Source: an uncultured Nitrososphaerota archaeon
GTDB lineage: Archaea > Thermoproteota > Nitrososphaeria > Nitrososphaerales > Nitrosopumilaceae
Direction: 5' to 3'
DNA length: 64,000 nt
Assembly (NCBI GenBank): GCA_963701075.1
Contig: OY969559.1
Span: 1,792,001 to 1,856,000, forward strand
In this document: positions 28,581-39,322 of the stretch, piece by piece
Layout: every line of letters begins with the position of its first letter
Numbering within the stretch: position 1 is the stretch's first letter
Notes under the pieces: generated by a model
The model's input: the letters and a program-made list of their open reading frames with translations, nothing else
The model's database searches: none
Told to the model about the DNA's origin: nothing
Translations under genes and position numbers: made by a program

Positions 28581-28647
28581 TAGTCAGTTATGAATTAGAA
28601 TTTACACTAGCCATTGACTCCGTTCCGGTTTAGAGTCTAAGATAGCG

Positions 28648-28890
28648 TTATGGGATTGTATGGTATTTGCGCCCAGCAGCTCCCCATGCTATGGAAAAGG
28701 CAACTACACCAGCCACTAGAATCATTCCATACTGTTGTGCTGTAACTAGTGGTGTGCATCCAATGTATCCGTAAGCTTGTTCTCCACATGATGGTTGTTG
28801 CTGTGCAAAGGCTAAGTCGGTACCTGCAATAGCAAGTATACCTACTACCATGGTAACTCCAGCCAGTTTTGCTGTGCCTAGGTTAACCAT
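28648..28890 (-). CDS. Small secreted/membrane protein
   Basis: Signal peptide ending LAFA, Cys pair, C-terminal TM with basic tail. Confidence 0.6.
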   Translation of the reverse strand: MVNLGTAKLAGVTMVVGILAIAGTDLAFAQQQPSCGEQAYGYIGCTPLVTAQQYGMILVAGVVAFSIAWGAAGRKYHTIP

Positions 28891-29166
28891 ATCATAAATA
28901 GGACACCGCGATATTTACGCTTTAATTAGGACTTTCAGTTTTTCATCAAAAGTCAGGAAATCTCACGCTAATTTACGTGCCAGATTTTTTAATCTGTCAA
29001 ATATCTTGTAACCTTAATTCTACAATCATCACACCGCAAATACTTTATTTCACAATCATTATTCATTCTGATTTTACATAAAGAATATTCGTATGTGATC
29101 ATAGTTCTCACCGTTTAGGCGCGTTCCATTTTGTTATTGTTTATGATACCTTGCAATTTGAGACGG

Positions 29167-29457
29167 TTAACTTTCCATGGTTTTGAAAAATCTTTCCATC
29201 TCTTTTTCTATATCTACTAACTTCTCTAATTCCAATTTGATATCATCTAAAATGGACTGGTAGTCTCCCTTGTACACTTCTTTTAATATGATCCGTAGAT
29301 ATTCCGGATGCTCGTAACAATCTATAATTGTGCAATGGTAAAGAGAATCAAGTTTGGCCATTACCAGATGATAATTGGTATTTCCCCTTCTCATCAAGAC
29401 TACCTCTACACAGGTCATAAAGGCTAGCTTGTTTTGTTCCCGAGTAGAGTGCATCAT
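29167..29457 (-). CDS. Thaumarchaeal hypothetical protein, possibly Nitrosopumilus output-domain (NitrOD)-like; start uncertain
   Basis: LYHCTIIDCYEHPEYLRIILKEVY motif; family assignment from memory only. Confidence 0.45.
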   Translation of the reverse strand: MMHSTREQNKLAFMTCVEVVLMRRGNTNYHLVMAKLDSLYHCTIIDCYEHPEYLRIILKEVYKGDYQSILDDIKLELEKLVDIEKEMERFFKTMES

Positions 29458-29558
29458 CGTGAACCACGTTTGATATTTTATAATATTTTGTATCATGGGA
29501 TTTGAAATTAATGATTCATGATTTTTTAAGTATGGCCTTGGCCAGTCCAGCGACTTTT

Positions 29559-30110
29559 CTATAATCCTTGCAATCTTCTTTTCTTTCTTTCTTTTAGGAT
29601 TACCCATCCAAATCCAATACTTGCTACTCCACAGACAACTGCTTCCACACCAATTCTTAGCAGCGTGCTTGCCCCAGGCTGATGAAGAACAAACAGGTTA
29701 TAGCTTACAACTTCGTTTGAATTATCTGAAATATCTAGAGTATAGCTACCTGGCTGCACTATCCACACAGTAGAGTCTGTTGTATCAACTCCTTTCATAT
29801 CTACCGGATCAGTGTCAGTCTGCGCACAGTCTGTAGTGTCACTATCTCCCTCAGGACACAATGTAACACTTGGATTTCCCTGAGTAACTTGGAATTTTAC
29901 AAACTTGTCATTTTGTGCAACATCTACTGTCAAAAGAGAATTTTGTGGTCCAGAGTCAGCATTTGTAAAGCTTATCGTATCAGAGACAACGGGAGTTTCT
30001 TCTAGTTCTGAAATTCTGACAAGGGTAGAACCAAACCATACAAGAAGACATATGCTAACTATTTCTGCTATAACATAAATTTTAAAATTCAAAGCAAACT
30101 CCTTTTCCAC
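29559..30110 (-). CDS. Membrane protein with TM-beta domain-TM layout
   Basis: Hydrophobic N- and C-terminal segments flanking an acidic beta-rich domain. Confidence 0.55.
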   Translation of the reverse strand: MEKEFALNFKIYVIAEIVSICLLVWFGSTLVRISELEETPVVSDTISFTNADSGPQNSLLTVDVAQNDKFVKFQVTQGNPSVTLCPEGDSDTTDCAQTDTDPVDMKGVDTTDSTVWIVQPGSYTLDISDNSNEVVSYNLFVLHQPGASTLLRIGVEAVVCGVASIGFGWVILKERKKRRLQGL

Positions 30111-30199
30111 ATACCTTGTTATATACTATAATAGCCCCTTTGTATTTAAAATCCTTCAATGCCAAATATTTACAAAATCAATATTTATGAATTGATTAT

Positions 30200-30469
30200 C
30201 TATGTTATACTAGCTGGCTTTATTTCCACATCGTCACGATTATAGAATATTTTTTCATGCGATATGGTAATAGTACAGTTTCGTTTAAACTTCATCTCTC
30301 TTCCATTTCCTACAGTGTCCTTGAAGAGCACTCTTGGATCATCGTTGATATCGATTGAATATTGTTTTCCTTTCTTGGTTGTGCTTGGTTCTTTACAGCC
30401 TCGCACATCGATTAATTTGGAACAACCCACAGAATTTGATTCATTTATAGACATGCAAAGATTCCCCAT
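30200..30469 (-). CDS. Hypothetical protein
   Basis: ORF only. Confidence 0.35.
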   Translation of the reverse strand: MGNLCMSINESNSVGCSKLIDVRGCKEPSTTKKGKQYSIDINDDPRVLFKDTVGNGREMKFKRNCTITISHEKIFYNRDDVEIKPASIT

Positions 30470-30548
30470 TCATAACTATAAAAAGAGATTCTGTTATCGC
30501 CAAGTTATGAGATATCATTTGTAAAATAGCAAAATGATGAAATTGTGA

Positions 30549-30728
30549 CTACTTTCTTCTTCTTTGACCTGGTTTATTTTGTCCAGGAACTCGTTTTAGG
30601 ATGAATCTTTTTCTAAAATTATCTCGATTTCTTGTAATGCCAATTTCTCCATGTCTTTCTCTTGATGGGACCTTTGGAGTTTGGCCTCTAACTTTACCTG
30701 CTTTAGTAAGCGATCCGTGAGTTGGCAC
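30549..30728 (-). CDS. rps30e: 30S ribosomal protein S30e
   Basis: Manual translation MPTHGSLTKAGKVRGQTPKV...; below ORF-track cutoff. Confidence 0.92.
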   Translation of the reverse strand: MPTHGSLTKAGKVRGQTPKVPSRERHGEIGITRNRDNFRKRFILKRVPGQNKPGQRRRK

Positions 30729-30771
30729 GAATTAGTTCATCTGTTGATGCAATTTATGTATTTGGTTTCTC

Positions 30772-32497
30772 TTACCAGTACTTTGTCTTGATTGTATCAA
30801 TTACTCTTTGGTGTTCTGCACCTTTCTTTCGGGCATATTTTTCCATTGCACTCAATGGAACTCCTCCCAGTGTTTTTGCAATACCAGTGAATACTTTTCT
30901 TCTGAGTGGACCGTTCTGTCCTGTTTTATCCATGAACTTCTGAATTCCATACTTGAAGTTGTGCTGCCATGTCTTGTACATGACACCTAGCTGAGCTGCA
31001 GTCATCTCATTGCCAATATCGAAGAACTCTGATTTTTCAAGCAATCCAATTGGAACAAAAGTCAATGGAGTTGTTGTAAACATGGATTCTGGTTGTTCTT
31101 TTTCTAGCTCATTGATGAGGCGTATGGTATCCCATGCATCTTCTTCAGTCTCTGCATTATCCAATCCCATGATGAGTGTAAATGCAGGTATCCAATGATG
31201 CTCGTTTAATGTCTTGACTCCTTCCTTTACAACCCAATGCCATTCTTCTGGCTTGTATGGTGATAATTTTCTGTCTGCATATTTTCCAATCAATCGTAGG
31301 CTTCCTGTCTCAAAACCGCATTGGACTCCAATCTTGTTAGTTGGACCTGATTTGATGATTTTTGAAAGATTTGGAATTAATTTTTCATCAGCTATTGCAC
31401 CTGCAAGTGTGCCGTGAGTTGGATTAGTGTGGGCTATACCAGCTGACATTACTGCCGTAAATAGCTCTTCTAGCGCTTCTCTGTTTGGTGCCATGTTCTT
31501 TGTCTTTCTTGGGTCAAGACCATACACAAAGATATCATCACTGTGCAACCAAGCATTTCTTTGTCCACCTTTTTTTATGTTGACTTCGATCTCTCGTTTT
31601 ACTTTCTCAGGAGGATAGTATCTAAGAGGCCTCAGAGTAACATCACAGAATTTGCATCCTCTTCCACATCCTCGCATGACCTCAACCATTCCGTGCATGC
31701 TAGGCTCTACAATATCAGGTATCTCATCAACTTCAGGCTCGTCCCAATAATGGATGAATCTTCCGTGGAACTTGTCGGCATCTCTTCCAAATTCTTTTAC
31801 CTCAACTTTGAAATCACTTTTAACGAAGGGATTCATGTTTTCAAATTCTCCGCCGATTAATTTGTTAAAGAACTCTCCTGCATGACCATCTAGCTCAGGA
31901 GCAATGCCGCCAAGCTCTCCTTCCAATACGGCATACAAACCGTATTCTTGGATTTTCTTTGGATCGTAATTGTATTGCCAAGTTCCTGATGCACCAACAA
32001 TTACTTTGGCATTGCTTCCATTCTTTTTCTTTGCCTCATTAATTTTCTTGTGCAAGTATGCATTGTAATATTCATCATATGATGTCTGCTTGCGACCATA
32101 AGTGAATGTCATTGTAACTGGGCCCATTCCTAGCGGGTCCATTTCATATGTACCGACAACTTCTGTCTCAGGACCGATGAATTTACCAATGTGATCTGGA
32201 TGAGCCACCACAACATCTTCTCGTCTGTAACCATCTCTCAATAATGCGGCTTCTAAGCTTTCGTAGTCCATATGGCGCATAGTTGGCAACTCCATTAGTA
32301 TGAGTTATAGGATTACAAATGAAATCAAAGAGTACCTTAGGAGTTACTTGATCTTTTAAAAGGAAATACCACATGCTGTTTTTTGGTCTGTGCGGATCAA
32401 TTGCAGGAGCACACCCAAAGAATGTAGCTAATGATATCCCACGATAGGGGGACATGAGTGTACGATCAGCACTTAAGACAACTTTTGGGTGACCCAA
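30772..32497 (-). CDS. Radical SAM protein (B12-binding-like N-terminus); +1 frameshift near 32254
   Basis: APYGLRK/LEAALL, EVMRGCGRGCKFC; span is 3n+1. Confidence 0.85.
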
Positions 32498-32553
32498 TTT
32501 TCAATCTCAATGAATTCCTATAGCATTTTAAGGTTTCTTGTATTTCCAAGAGC

Positions 32554-33366
32554 CTAATAGTTCTCTAACATGCCTGACTTGCTTCTGTGAGTGTACCCAA
32601 ATTCCTTGTTTGTAAGTAAATATTGACTGTTGAATACCGTACCATCTTTGCATGCCAGTACATCGCCAAAGCAACAACTTCCACAAAGTCCCATCCCACA
32701 CTTCATCATTCTCTCAATACTGGCTTCAGCATAGATCTTGTTTTGAGAAGCTAGTTGCATCACCTTGTGCATCATTTTTTCAGGTCCGCAGGTATAAACT
32801 GCATCAAACGCATTTTCTTTGAGCAGTCTTTGCATTGCATCAGTTACAAGTCCTGACTCTCCATATGTTCCATCTTCGGTTACTACAATGACTCTGCGAG
32901 GATTTTGCTCTAGAAGTTTATTTGCAAGTCCTTCAAAGAAAACCTCTTGTTTTGTTTTAGCACCCATTATTACGGTCACATTATCAGTCTTTTTCAAAAA
33001 TGTCGCAAGTCTCATAAGAGGAACAAGTCCCGTACCTCCACCTACAAGCAACAATCTTCCCTGCAGTATAGTAAAGGAATTTCCATATGGACCTCTAACT
33101 CCAATTTGGTCACCTGATTTCACAGAGTAAAGCGCTGTGGAAGCCAAACCATGCTTTCTAACCGTAAAAGCAGCTTTTCCTTTTTCTTGCGATATCATTA
33201 CACTCATTGGCAGCTCGTTTACTCCTGGGATCCAAACCATTGCAAATTGCCCAGGCAATACTTTTGACAGAAGATCATCAGAAAAAACCAGAGTACGCAC
33301 AGTTGGAGTCTCGTCAATTATCTTTTCAATTGTAACTATTGTTGGGTAATCAGTATTTCTTTGCAA
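32554..33366 (-). CDS. pyrK: Dihydroorotate dehydrogenase electron transfer subunit
   Basis: PGQFAMVW, RGPYGN, GGGTG, CGP, ERMMKCGMGLCGSC..CKDG. Confidence 0.92.
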   Translation of the reverse strand: MQRNTDYPTIVTIEKIIDETPTVRTLVFSDDLLSKVLPGQFAMVWIPGVNELPMSVMISQEKGKAAFTVRKHGLASTALYSVKSGDQIGVRGPYGNSFTILQGRLLLVGGGTGLVPLMRLATFLKKTDNVTVIMGAKTKQEVFFEGLANKLLEQNPRRVIVVTEDGTYGESGLVTDAMQRLLKENAFDAVYTCGPEKMMHKVMQLASQNKIYAEASIERMMKCGMGLCGSCCFGDVLACKDGTVFNSQYLLTNKEFGYTHRSKSGMLENY

Positions 33367-34258
33367 TTCCAACCATGTCACCAATTTTCTGAAAATTTTT
33401 CTTTTCCATGTATTTTGATATTCCACTATTTACTTCAGAGAATGTTCCACCCAATTTTTCCGCGACAGCGCTGCCAATCTGAACTGCGCTAGCACCTCCG
33501 AGTATAAATTCAACTGCATCTTCCCAACTTGACACCCCGCCGCAACCAATAACTGGAATGTCAAATTTTGACGATATTTCGTAAACACATCGTACTGCGA
33601 TTGGCTTTATTGGGGTACCCGATAGTCCACCTATCTTGTGACTTAGGACTGGTCGTGTAGTTTCAACATCAATTGCCATTGCCCTTACTGTATTTATTGC
33701 AGTTATGGCATCGATTCCTGCTTCGCAAGACGCTCTCACTGTTTCAAGATAGTCAGACGAGCCAAGACCGACTTTGGATATTACTGGAACCTTTGATGCT
33801 TTTTTTACCTCTTTGACTATTTTTTGTACAAGGTTAGGATCATCTCCAACTTCAAGCCCTACTTTTTCTACATGAGGACATGACAAGTTCAGCTCATATG
33901 CCAGAACTTTGACGTTCTCAAATTGTTTTATCATAAAAGTAAAGTCTTCTGGAACAGACCCGACCAAGCTAACAACAATTGGAACTGTTGTGTTAGATAA
34001 GATCATCTTGGCAAAGTAGGAAGCACCGGGATTTGAAAGTCCGACAGCGTTTAGGTATCCGCTTTTTACTCCAATTACAGTAGGATTTGGATATCCCTCC
34101 CAAGGCTCTTTGCTGAGTGATTTTGTTACAAGCGCACCTGCTCCTTCCTTATATAAGCGAGCAAAAACTTCAAGCGATATGCCAAGAATACCGGAGGCAA
34201 GCATTGTGGGTCGTTCAAGTGATATTGGCCCCACATTTGTAGAGATGTCGGGATTCAC
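33350..34258 (-). CDS. pyrD: Dihydroorotate dehydrogenase (NAD+), catalytic subunit
   Basis: LASG, VTKS, ELNLSCPH, GGLSG, IGCGGV. Confidence 0.95.
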   Translation of the reverse strand: MNPDISTNVGPISLERPTMLASGILGISLEVFARLYKEGAGALVTKSLSKEPWEGYPNPTVIGVKSGYLNAVGLSNPGASYFAKMILSNTTVPIVVSLVGSVPEDFTFMIKQFENVKVLAYELNLSCPHVEKVGLEVGDDPNLVQKIVKEVKKASKVPVISKVGLGSSDYLETVRASCEAGIDAITAINTVRAMAIDVETTRPVLSHKIGGLSGTPIKPIAVRCVYEISSKFDIPVIGCGGVSSWEDAVEFILGGASAVQIGSAVAEKLGGTFSEVNSGISKYMEKKNFQKIGDMVGIAKKY

Positions 34259-34346
34259 TTCTAATTATAAAAAATGTTTGTCTTATAACAGTTGATGCAG
34301 GGCAGCCCAATGTTACCTTTTTTAGTAAGACATGAAAATGCTCTGT

Positions 34347-35606
34347 ATGCATTCTGTGATTCTAACAGAGCTCGGTGTTGCAATTTTTGATAACAACAAA
34401 TGTGTAAAATCATTCCCGTTTAGAAATCCTGCAAAGGAGTACATCGAACTAAAAAAGGAAATGTCCAACATTAATGAACTTGAACAATTCCTTTCCAAGA
34501 TAGGAACAAGCGTATCTGTCAATGATACAAGCCTTCTCAAAATTCTAAAGAAAAGATCAATAGATGCGGAACTTATGGAGGAAAATAAGATTGAAACAAT
34601 CCAGTCTTCCAAACTTAGAGTACTTGTAGACTCGGGTTTTGCAACAGATGAAGGTGACGCAAGAGGAAAACTAAGAGAGTTTGCAATGCAACTTTCTTCT
34701 TCAAAGGTTACAGAGATCTCCGAGAGTCCAGATCTTCACATTATTCAAGCTATTGGCGCATTAGATGAGACTGATAAAATAATCAACCTGTTAAGCTCAA
34801 GACTTAGAGAGTGGTATGGTCTTCACTTTCCAGAGCTAGATAATCTAATTGATACAATCATAGGTTATTCTAAAATAGTTCTGGCAGGCAGTAGGGACAA
34901 CCTCAATCAACAGGTGTATGTCGATGCAGGATTTCCTGACGAAAAGGTAGAGATGTTATCTCTCTTGCAAGCAAAAAGCAGGGGAGGACAAATTTCCAAT
35001 GAAAATCTCGCCATAGCACAAAGCATTGCAAAACAAATCTTGGAACTATCTGAGTTAAGAACCAATTTAGAAAAACACATAGAGAATCAGATGCAGGTAA
35101 TAGCCCCAAACCTTTCTGGAATTTTAGGAACTTCGGTTGGAGCCAGAATACTTGGAAGAGCAGGCAGCCTCAGAAGATTAGCTACCATGCCTGCAAGTAC
35201 AATTCAGGTCCTAGGTGCAGAAAAAGCACTTTTCCGAGCTCTGAAGACTGGCGCTCAACCTCCAAAACATGGCCTATTGTTTCAACACACTCTAGTTCAT
35301 GCTGCTCCAAAGTGGCAGCGGGGTAAGATTGCAAGGGCAATAGCAGCCAAGGCAGCACTTGCTGCAAGAGTAGATGTTTTCGGGGCAGGAAGAAACGATA
35401 CGCTCTTTGAAAAATTAAATGTAAGAATTAAGGAGATTGGAGAAAAATACAAGGATCCTCCACCTGAGAGACCAGCACCACCCATGCAACAACGTAGACC
35501 GTTTGAACAAAGAGGAGGAAGACGCGGTGACTTTGGCAGACAAAGAGACAAAAAGAACGACTGGCAAAAGTCAAAACGAAGGAAATTTGGAAAACGAAGA
35601 GGATAA
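34347..35606 (+). CDS. nop5: C/D box sRNP protein Nop5 (Nop56/58)
   Basis: RLREWYGLHFPEL, PASTIQVLGAEKALF, PKHG. Confidence 0.95.
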   Translation: MHSVILTELGVAIFDNNKCVKSFPFRNPAKEYIELKKEMSNINELEQFLSKIGTSVSVNDTSLLKILKKRSIDAELMEENKIETIQSSKLRVLVDSGFATDEGDARGKLREFAMQLSSSKVTEISESPDLHIIQAIGALDETDKIINLLSSRLREWYGLHFPELDNLIDTIIGYSKIVLAGSRDNLNQQVYVDAGFPDEKVEMLSLLQAKSRGGQISNENLAIAQSIAKQILELSELRTNLEKHIENQMQVIAPNLSGILGTSVGARILGRAGSLRRLATMPASTIQVLGAEKALFRALKTGAQPPKHGLLFQHTLVHAAPKWQRGKIARAIAAKAALAARVDVFGAGRNDTLFEKLNVRIKEIGEKYKDPPPERPAPPMQQRRPFEQRGGRRGDFGRQRDKKNDWQKSKRRKFGKRRG

Positions 35607-36261
35607 CATTTTCTGGGTTAAAATAGATGGAGAAAAAAGACTCGCAACTTTAAATCTCGTTCCAGGAAATCAAGTTTACAAAGAAAAACTAGTAAAAATT
35701 AAGGATGAGGAGTTCAGGGCATGGGATCCGTACAGAAGCAAGCTTGGCTCAGCCATAATGAACAACCTCAATATTCTTCCAATAGTTAGAAAGTCACGGG
35801 TTCTTTACCTTGGGGTTTCCACTGGAACAACTGCAAGCCATGTTTCAGACATTGTAGGTCCAAGTGGAATCGTATTTTGTGTAGAGCATACAAGCAGAGT
35901 TGCACGAGAATTTCTTGACAGAGTTGCATCTTACAGATCAAACATAGTACCTATTCTCCAAGATGCAAGAAATCCCAAAGAATATTTTTCAGTTTATGGA
36001 GTTGTTGATGTTGTCTATGTTGACATTGCCCAACCAGATCAAACCGAGATTGCCATTTTGAATTGTAAGACATACCTAAAAAAAGACGGCTACCTGATGC
36101 TTGTAGTAAAGTCACGAAGCATAGATGTTACAAAAGATCCCTCAGAAATAACTCGCAATGAGGTTAGGAAACTAAAAGACAATTTTGAGATAGTTCAGGA
36201 GATCAACTTGGCACCTTATGAGAAGGATCATAGCATGATCATTGCCAAATATCTAGGATAG
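35587..36261 (+). CDS. flpA: Fibrillarin-like rRNA/tRNA 2'-O-methyltransferase
   Basis: WDPYRSKL, VLYLGVSTGTTASHVSD, DIAQPDQ. Confidence 0.95.
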   Translation: MENEEDNIFWVKIDGEKRLATLNLVPGNQVYKEKLVKIKDEEFRAWDPYRSKLGSAIMNNLNILPIVRKSRVLYLGVSTGTTASHVSDIVGPSGIVFCVEHTSRVAREFLDRVASYRSNIVPILQDARNPKEYFSVYGVVDVVYVDIAQPDQTEIAILNCKTYLKKDGYLMLVVKSRSIDVTKDPSEITRNEVRKLKDNFEIVQEINLAPYEKDHSMIIAKYLG

Positions 36262-36265
36262 TTAT

Positions 36266-36886
36266 TCAGAGTACACCAAGCAAAATCTTGACTGGTTTCC
36301 AGCTCTTTCTTACAAATTTTGGCGGTGTTCCATTCAAGTTAATTGCACCTTTGATAAAATTCATTGTCTTAGAATCTGACGGATAGCCGCTTCCCACATT
36401 GAAATTCTTTTTTATCTTCTCAATGGCCCTGTCTCTGTTTACTTTGGCTATGATAGAAGCTGCAGAGACTACTGGGAATCTTGCGTCAGCGTGATGGCTA
36501 GAGTGCACTTTTTTAATTTGAGCAAGTTTTGAAATCAGCAACCCAAATCTTTTTGGATTTACGTCACATGAGTCAACATATGCTGAATCAGGCTGTAGTT
36601 TAGCAATTACTTTGGCCATGTATTTTCCCTCCAGTTGGTTCAGTTCATTCTTTTTCACACTTTGATCTATCACATGTGGTGGAATTCTTGCCACATAGTA
36701 GTCATCCACTATAGCAAGTATTTTTTTGTATAAATTTTCTCGTGCACGTGGACTGAGTTGCTTTGAGTCTTTGACCCCAATATCAGAGAGTCGTTTTATT
36801 TTGTTGCGCTCAATGCATATACCTGCAATAACAAGCGGGCCGATGACCGATCCCCTTCCAGCGTCATCAACCCCACATACTAACAT
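36266..36886 (-). CDS. rnhB: Ribonuclease HII
   Basis: GVDDAGRG, DSKQL, VSAASIIAK, GSGYP. Confidence 0.95.
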   Translation of the reverse strand: MLVCGVDDAGRGSVIGPLVIAGICIERNKIKRLSDIGVKDSKQLSPRARENLYKKILAIVDDYYVARIPPHVIDQSVKKNELNQLEGKYMAKVIAKLQPDSAYVDSCDVNPKRFGLLISKLAQIKKVHSSHHADARFPVVSAASIIAKVNRDRAIEKIKKNFNVGSGYPSDSKTMNFIKGAINLNGTPPKFVRKSWKPVKILLGVL

Positions 36887-36939
36887 TTGAGTTGTTCTTG
36901 CGTTAGATGTATTAAATCATTTTAGGTTACATCATGTAG

Positions 36940-38070
36940 TTGGAATCAGATCTTGCTGAAATAGTTGAGGGCACCACCAGGCTTCTAGTGCCTAAAGGGT
37001 CATTAGTAGATAAGGTGCCCCCAATGGAACCAGCTTTCTTCAATCCAAGAGCAAGGATAAACAGAGATTTTTCCATAGTAGCATATGCCGCTTTTCTAAG
37101 AACTTTCAAGGGACCCAAAGTCTTTCTTGATTCACTTGCAGGCATAGGTGCAAGAAGTATAAGAGTTGCAAATGAATTAGATTCAATAGAGAAAGTCTTC
37201 GTCAATGATGTAAATCCAAAAGCCCTAGAGATTGCAGAAAACATTGCCAAATTAAACAATGTTACAAATTGCAGTTTCTCAGAAAATGAGGCTTGCAGAT
37301 TTCTTAGTTTACATTCTAAAAGAGAGCACAGAGGAGCAATTGTTGACATTGATCCATTTGGATCTCCATCAAAATATCTCGATTGTGGAATAAGGGCTAC
37401 ATTTCACGGCGGTCTTCTTTCTGTTACGGCTACAGATCTTACAGTATTACATGGCCTATTTCCTGCTGCTTGTAAGCGAAAGTACTATGGCGTACCAGTC
37501 AGGGTGGAGTACGGAGATGAAATCGCACTTAGGTTAATTCTTGGATGCATGAATATAGTTGGAGGAAGGCTAGATGTGAAAATAGTACCTCTGTTTGTAC
37601 AAAATAACATGCATTACTACAAGGCATACGTGAAAGTGCTTGTTAAAACAAGCGACAAGGATGAAATGGGTTACATATTGCATTGTAAAAATTGCGGCAA
37701 CAGACACATTACAAGCGAGGTCAGATACGAATGCGATGTTTGCAAGTTGAAAGCAGAACTTGCAGGTCCACTCTGGATTGGGAGTCTCTACAACAAGGAC
37801 TTTGTAAATGAGATGATTATTGAAGAAAAACAATTTCAGGTAGATAAATCATGCAAGAAGATACTGGAAAAATGTAAAGACGAAATAGATATGCCTCCCA
37901 CATACTTTACAATTGATGAGATAGCTCACATGAAACATTCTGCTCCAATTTCACTGGCAAAAACAATAGAAAAGATCCAGAATGCTGGTTTTAGGGCAAG
38001 TGCAACAAGCCTCAATCCTGCAGCTTTTAAGACAGATGCCCGCGTAGATGAAATCCTGTCTATAATCTAG
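36940..38070 (+). CDS. trm1: tRNA (guanine-N2)-dimethyltransferase
   Basis: FFNP..NRD, IDPFGSP, TATD, GPLWIG. Confidence 0.93.
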   Translation: MESDLAEIVEGTTRLLVPKGSLVDKVPPMEPAFFNPRARINRDFSIVAYAAFLRTFKGPKVFLDSLAGIGARSIRVANELDSIEKVFVNDVNPKALEIAENIAKLNNVTNCSFSENEACRFLSLHSKREHRGAIVDIDPFGSPSKYLDCGIRATFHGGLLSVTATDLTVLHGLFPAACKRKYYGVPVRVEYGDEIALRLILGCMNIVGGRLDVKIVPLFVQNNMHYYKAYVKVLVKTSDKDEMGYILHCKNCGNRHITSEVRYECDVCKLKAELAGPLWIGSLYNKDFVNEMIIEEKQFQVDKSCKKILEKCKDEIDMPPTYFTIDEIAHMKHSAPISLAKTIEKIQNAGFRASATSLNPAAFKTDARVDEILSII

Positions 38071-38663
38071 TTTCCAAGATATCCCAAGCAGATATGATAC
38101 AATTCACTGCTTGTTCTTCTGCTGGCTTTTGGTTTTTTTAGCTGTACTTTGACAAACTTTTTCTTCACATAGTCTCGAAACTCATTTGAATATTCACCGT
38201 CAAAGACCTTGAACAATGCATTACCTTTTCGTGCAAGAACGTGATCCATTATTTTACTTGCAGCGTAATTCAAAGAGATTTGGCGACCATGATCCATAGA
38301 CCATGTACCGGTAATTTGTGGAGAAATGTCACATATTACAGCATTTACCTTTGTACCAAAATAGTCAAAGATTGATTCCACAATTGATTCATCTTCAATA
38401 TCGCCGCGTATTATGTGAGCATTTGAAATTTCTTCAACAAATGCTTTGTCAATTCCCATAACTTTTCCCCTATTACCTGCTAATTCGAGGGCTACCTGAG
38501 TCCATCCTCCGGGAGAGCATCCCAAATCCAAAACGTAAAATCCCGGTCCAATAATTCTGTAAGAGAGGTTTAACTCTTTGAGCTTGTATGCGGCTCTGCT
38601 CCTATACCCCTCTTGATGAGCTAATCTTCTATACAAGTCACGCCGTGCGTCTATTAGTTTCAT
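38067..38663 (-). CDS. rlmE: 23S rRNA Um2552 methyltransferase
   Basis: GYRSRAAYKL, DLGCSPGGW, KPKASR. Confidence 0.95.
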   Translation of the reverse strand: MKLIDARRDLYRRLAHQEGYRSRAAYKLKELNLSYRIIGPGFYVLDLGCSPGGWTQVALELAGNRGKVMGIDKAFVEEISNAHIIRGDIEDESIVESIFDYFGTKVNAVICDISPQITGTWSMDHGRQISLNYAASKIMDHVLARKGNALFKVFDGEYSNEFRDYVKKKFVKVQLKKPKASRRTSSELYHICLGYLGN

Positions 38664-39247
38664 TTCTTTGTCTTTTTAGAATTTCCAAATTCAGTTAAGA
38701 CCCATTGTTCTATAAGAGGACAGGTTCGTGGGCTTACTTCACCTTCTAGCGTGCACTTTGGTTCAACAGGACAGATAAGACATGGTGCAGATTCTATCGA
38801 TAGAGTGCTGACAGGAACATGAGCAATCTTAAGTTTGTATGTCCATCTTCCATCTTCTAAAATCTTTTCTCTTTTGATCAGGTGTTGTCTTTCAAGTTTT
38901 AGAGCAAGTCTTGAGCCATCTCGGATTGAAAGTTTGAGTTTCTTCCATAATTCGCTTTGAAACATACCGTCATCGCCACGTTTTGCAACATGGGCAAGTA
39001 CTGTTGTTTTGAGTTTTTCCATGTCCAGTCCTTCAATCTCAAAGTTTTCAATCTCTTTTTCATCAATTTCCTCAAGTTCCTCTTCAGTAGGTTCCACTTG
39101 TTTCTTCTTTGACTCGGAAATCTTCTTTTTGTCTGCCTTTGAGGGCATTTTCTTTGCTTCTGCTTTCTTTTCTTCTGACTTTTTTACCTCTACTACTTTC
39201 TTTACTTCAGTTTTCTTTGATGATTTTTTCTCTTTCTTTTTAGCCAT
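38660..39247 (-). CDS. RPC34/TFE-beta-like winged-helix protein with C-terminal Fe-S motif
   Basis: GMFQSELWKKL wHTH; PCLICPVEPKC..SPRTC..W. Confidence 0.75.
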   Translation of the reverse strand: MAKKKEKKSSKKTEVKKVVEVKKSEEKKAEAKKMPSKADKKKISESKKKQVEPTEEELEEIDEKEIENFEIEGLDMEKLKTTVLAHVAKRGDDGMFQSELWKKLKLSIRDGSRLALKLERQHLIKREKILEDGRWTYKLKIAHVPVSTLSIESAPCLICPVEPKCTLEGEVSPRTCPLIEQWVLTEFGNSKKTKK

Positions 39248-39322
39248 AATTATATCTCAATAACAATAACGTTACTCCTCACTGATACTTGGTTGATTGC
39301 AATATAATAACATATGATTCAA

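Larger units (their letters stand above)
28112..28612 (-). mobile_element. Third IS6-like relic inserted into the second element's transposase (right boundary uncertain)
   Basis: IS6-type end GGTTCTGTCAA at 28112, exactly where the transposase fragment breaks; contains cargo and another transposase 3' fragment. Confidence 0.55.

Noticed and set aside
28601-28612. TTTACACTAGCC as the definite far end of the third element
   Set aside because: Poor match to GGTTCTGTCAA and no target duplication; used only as a tentative boundary.
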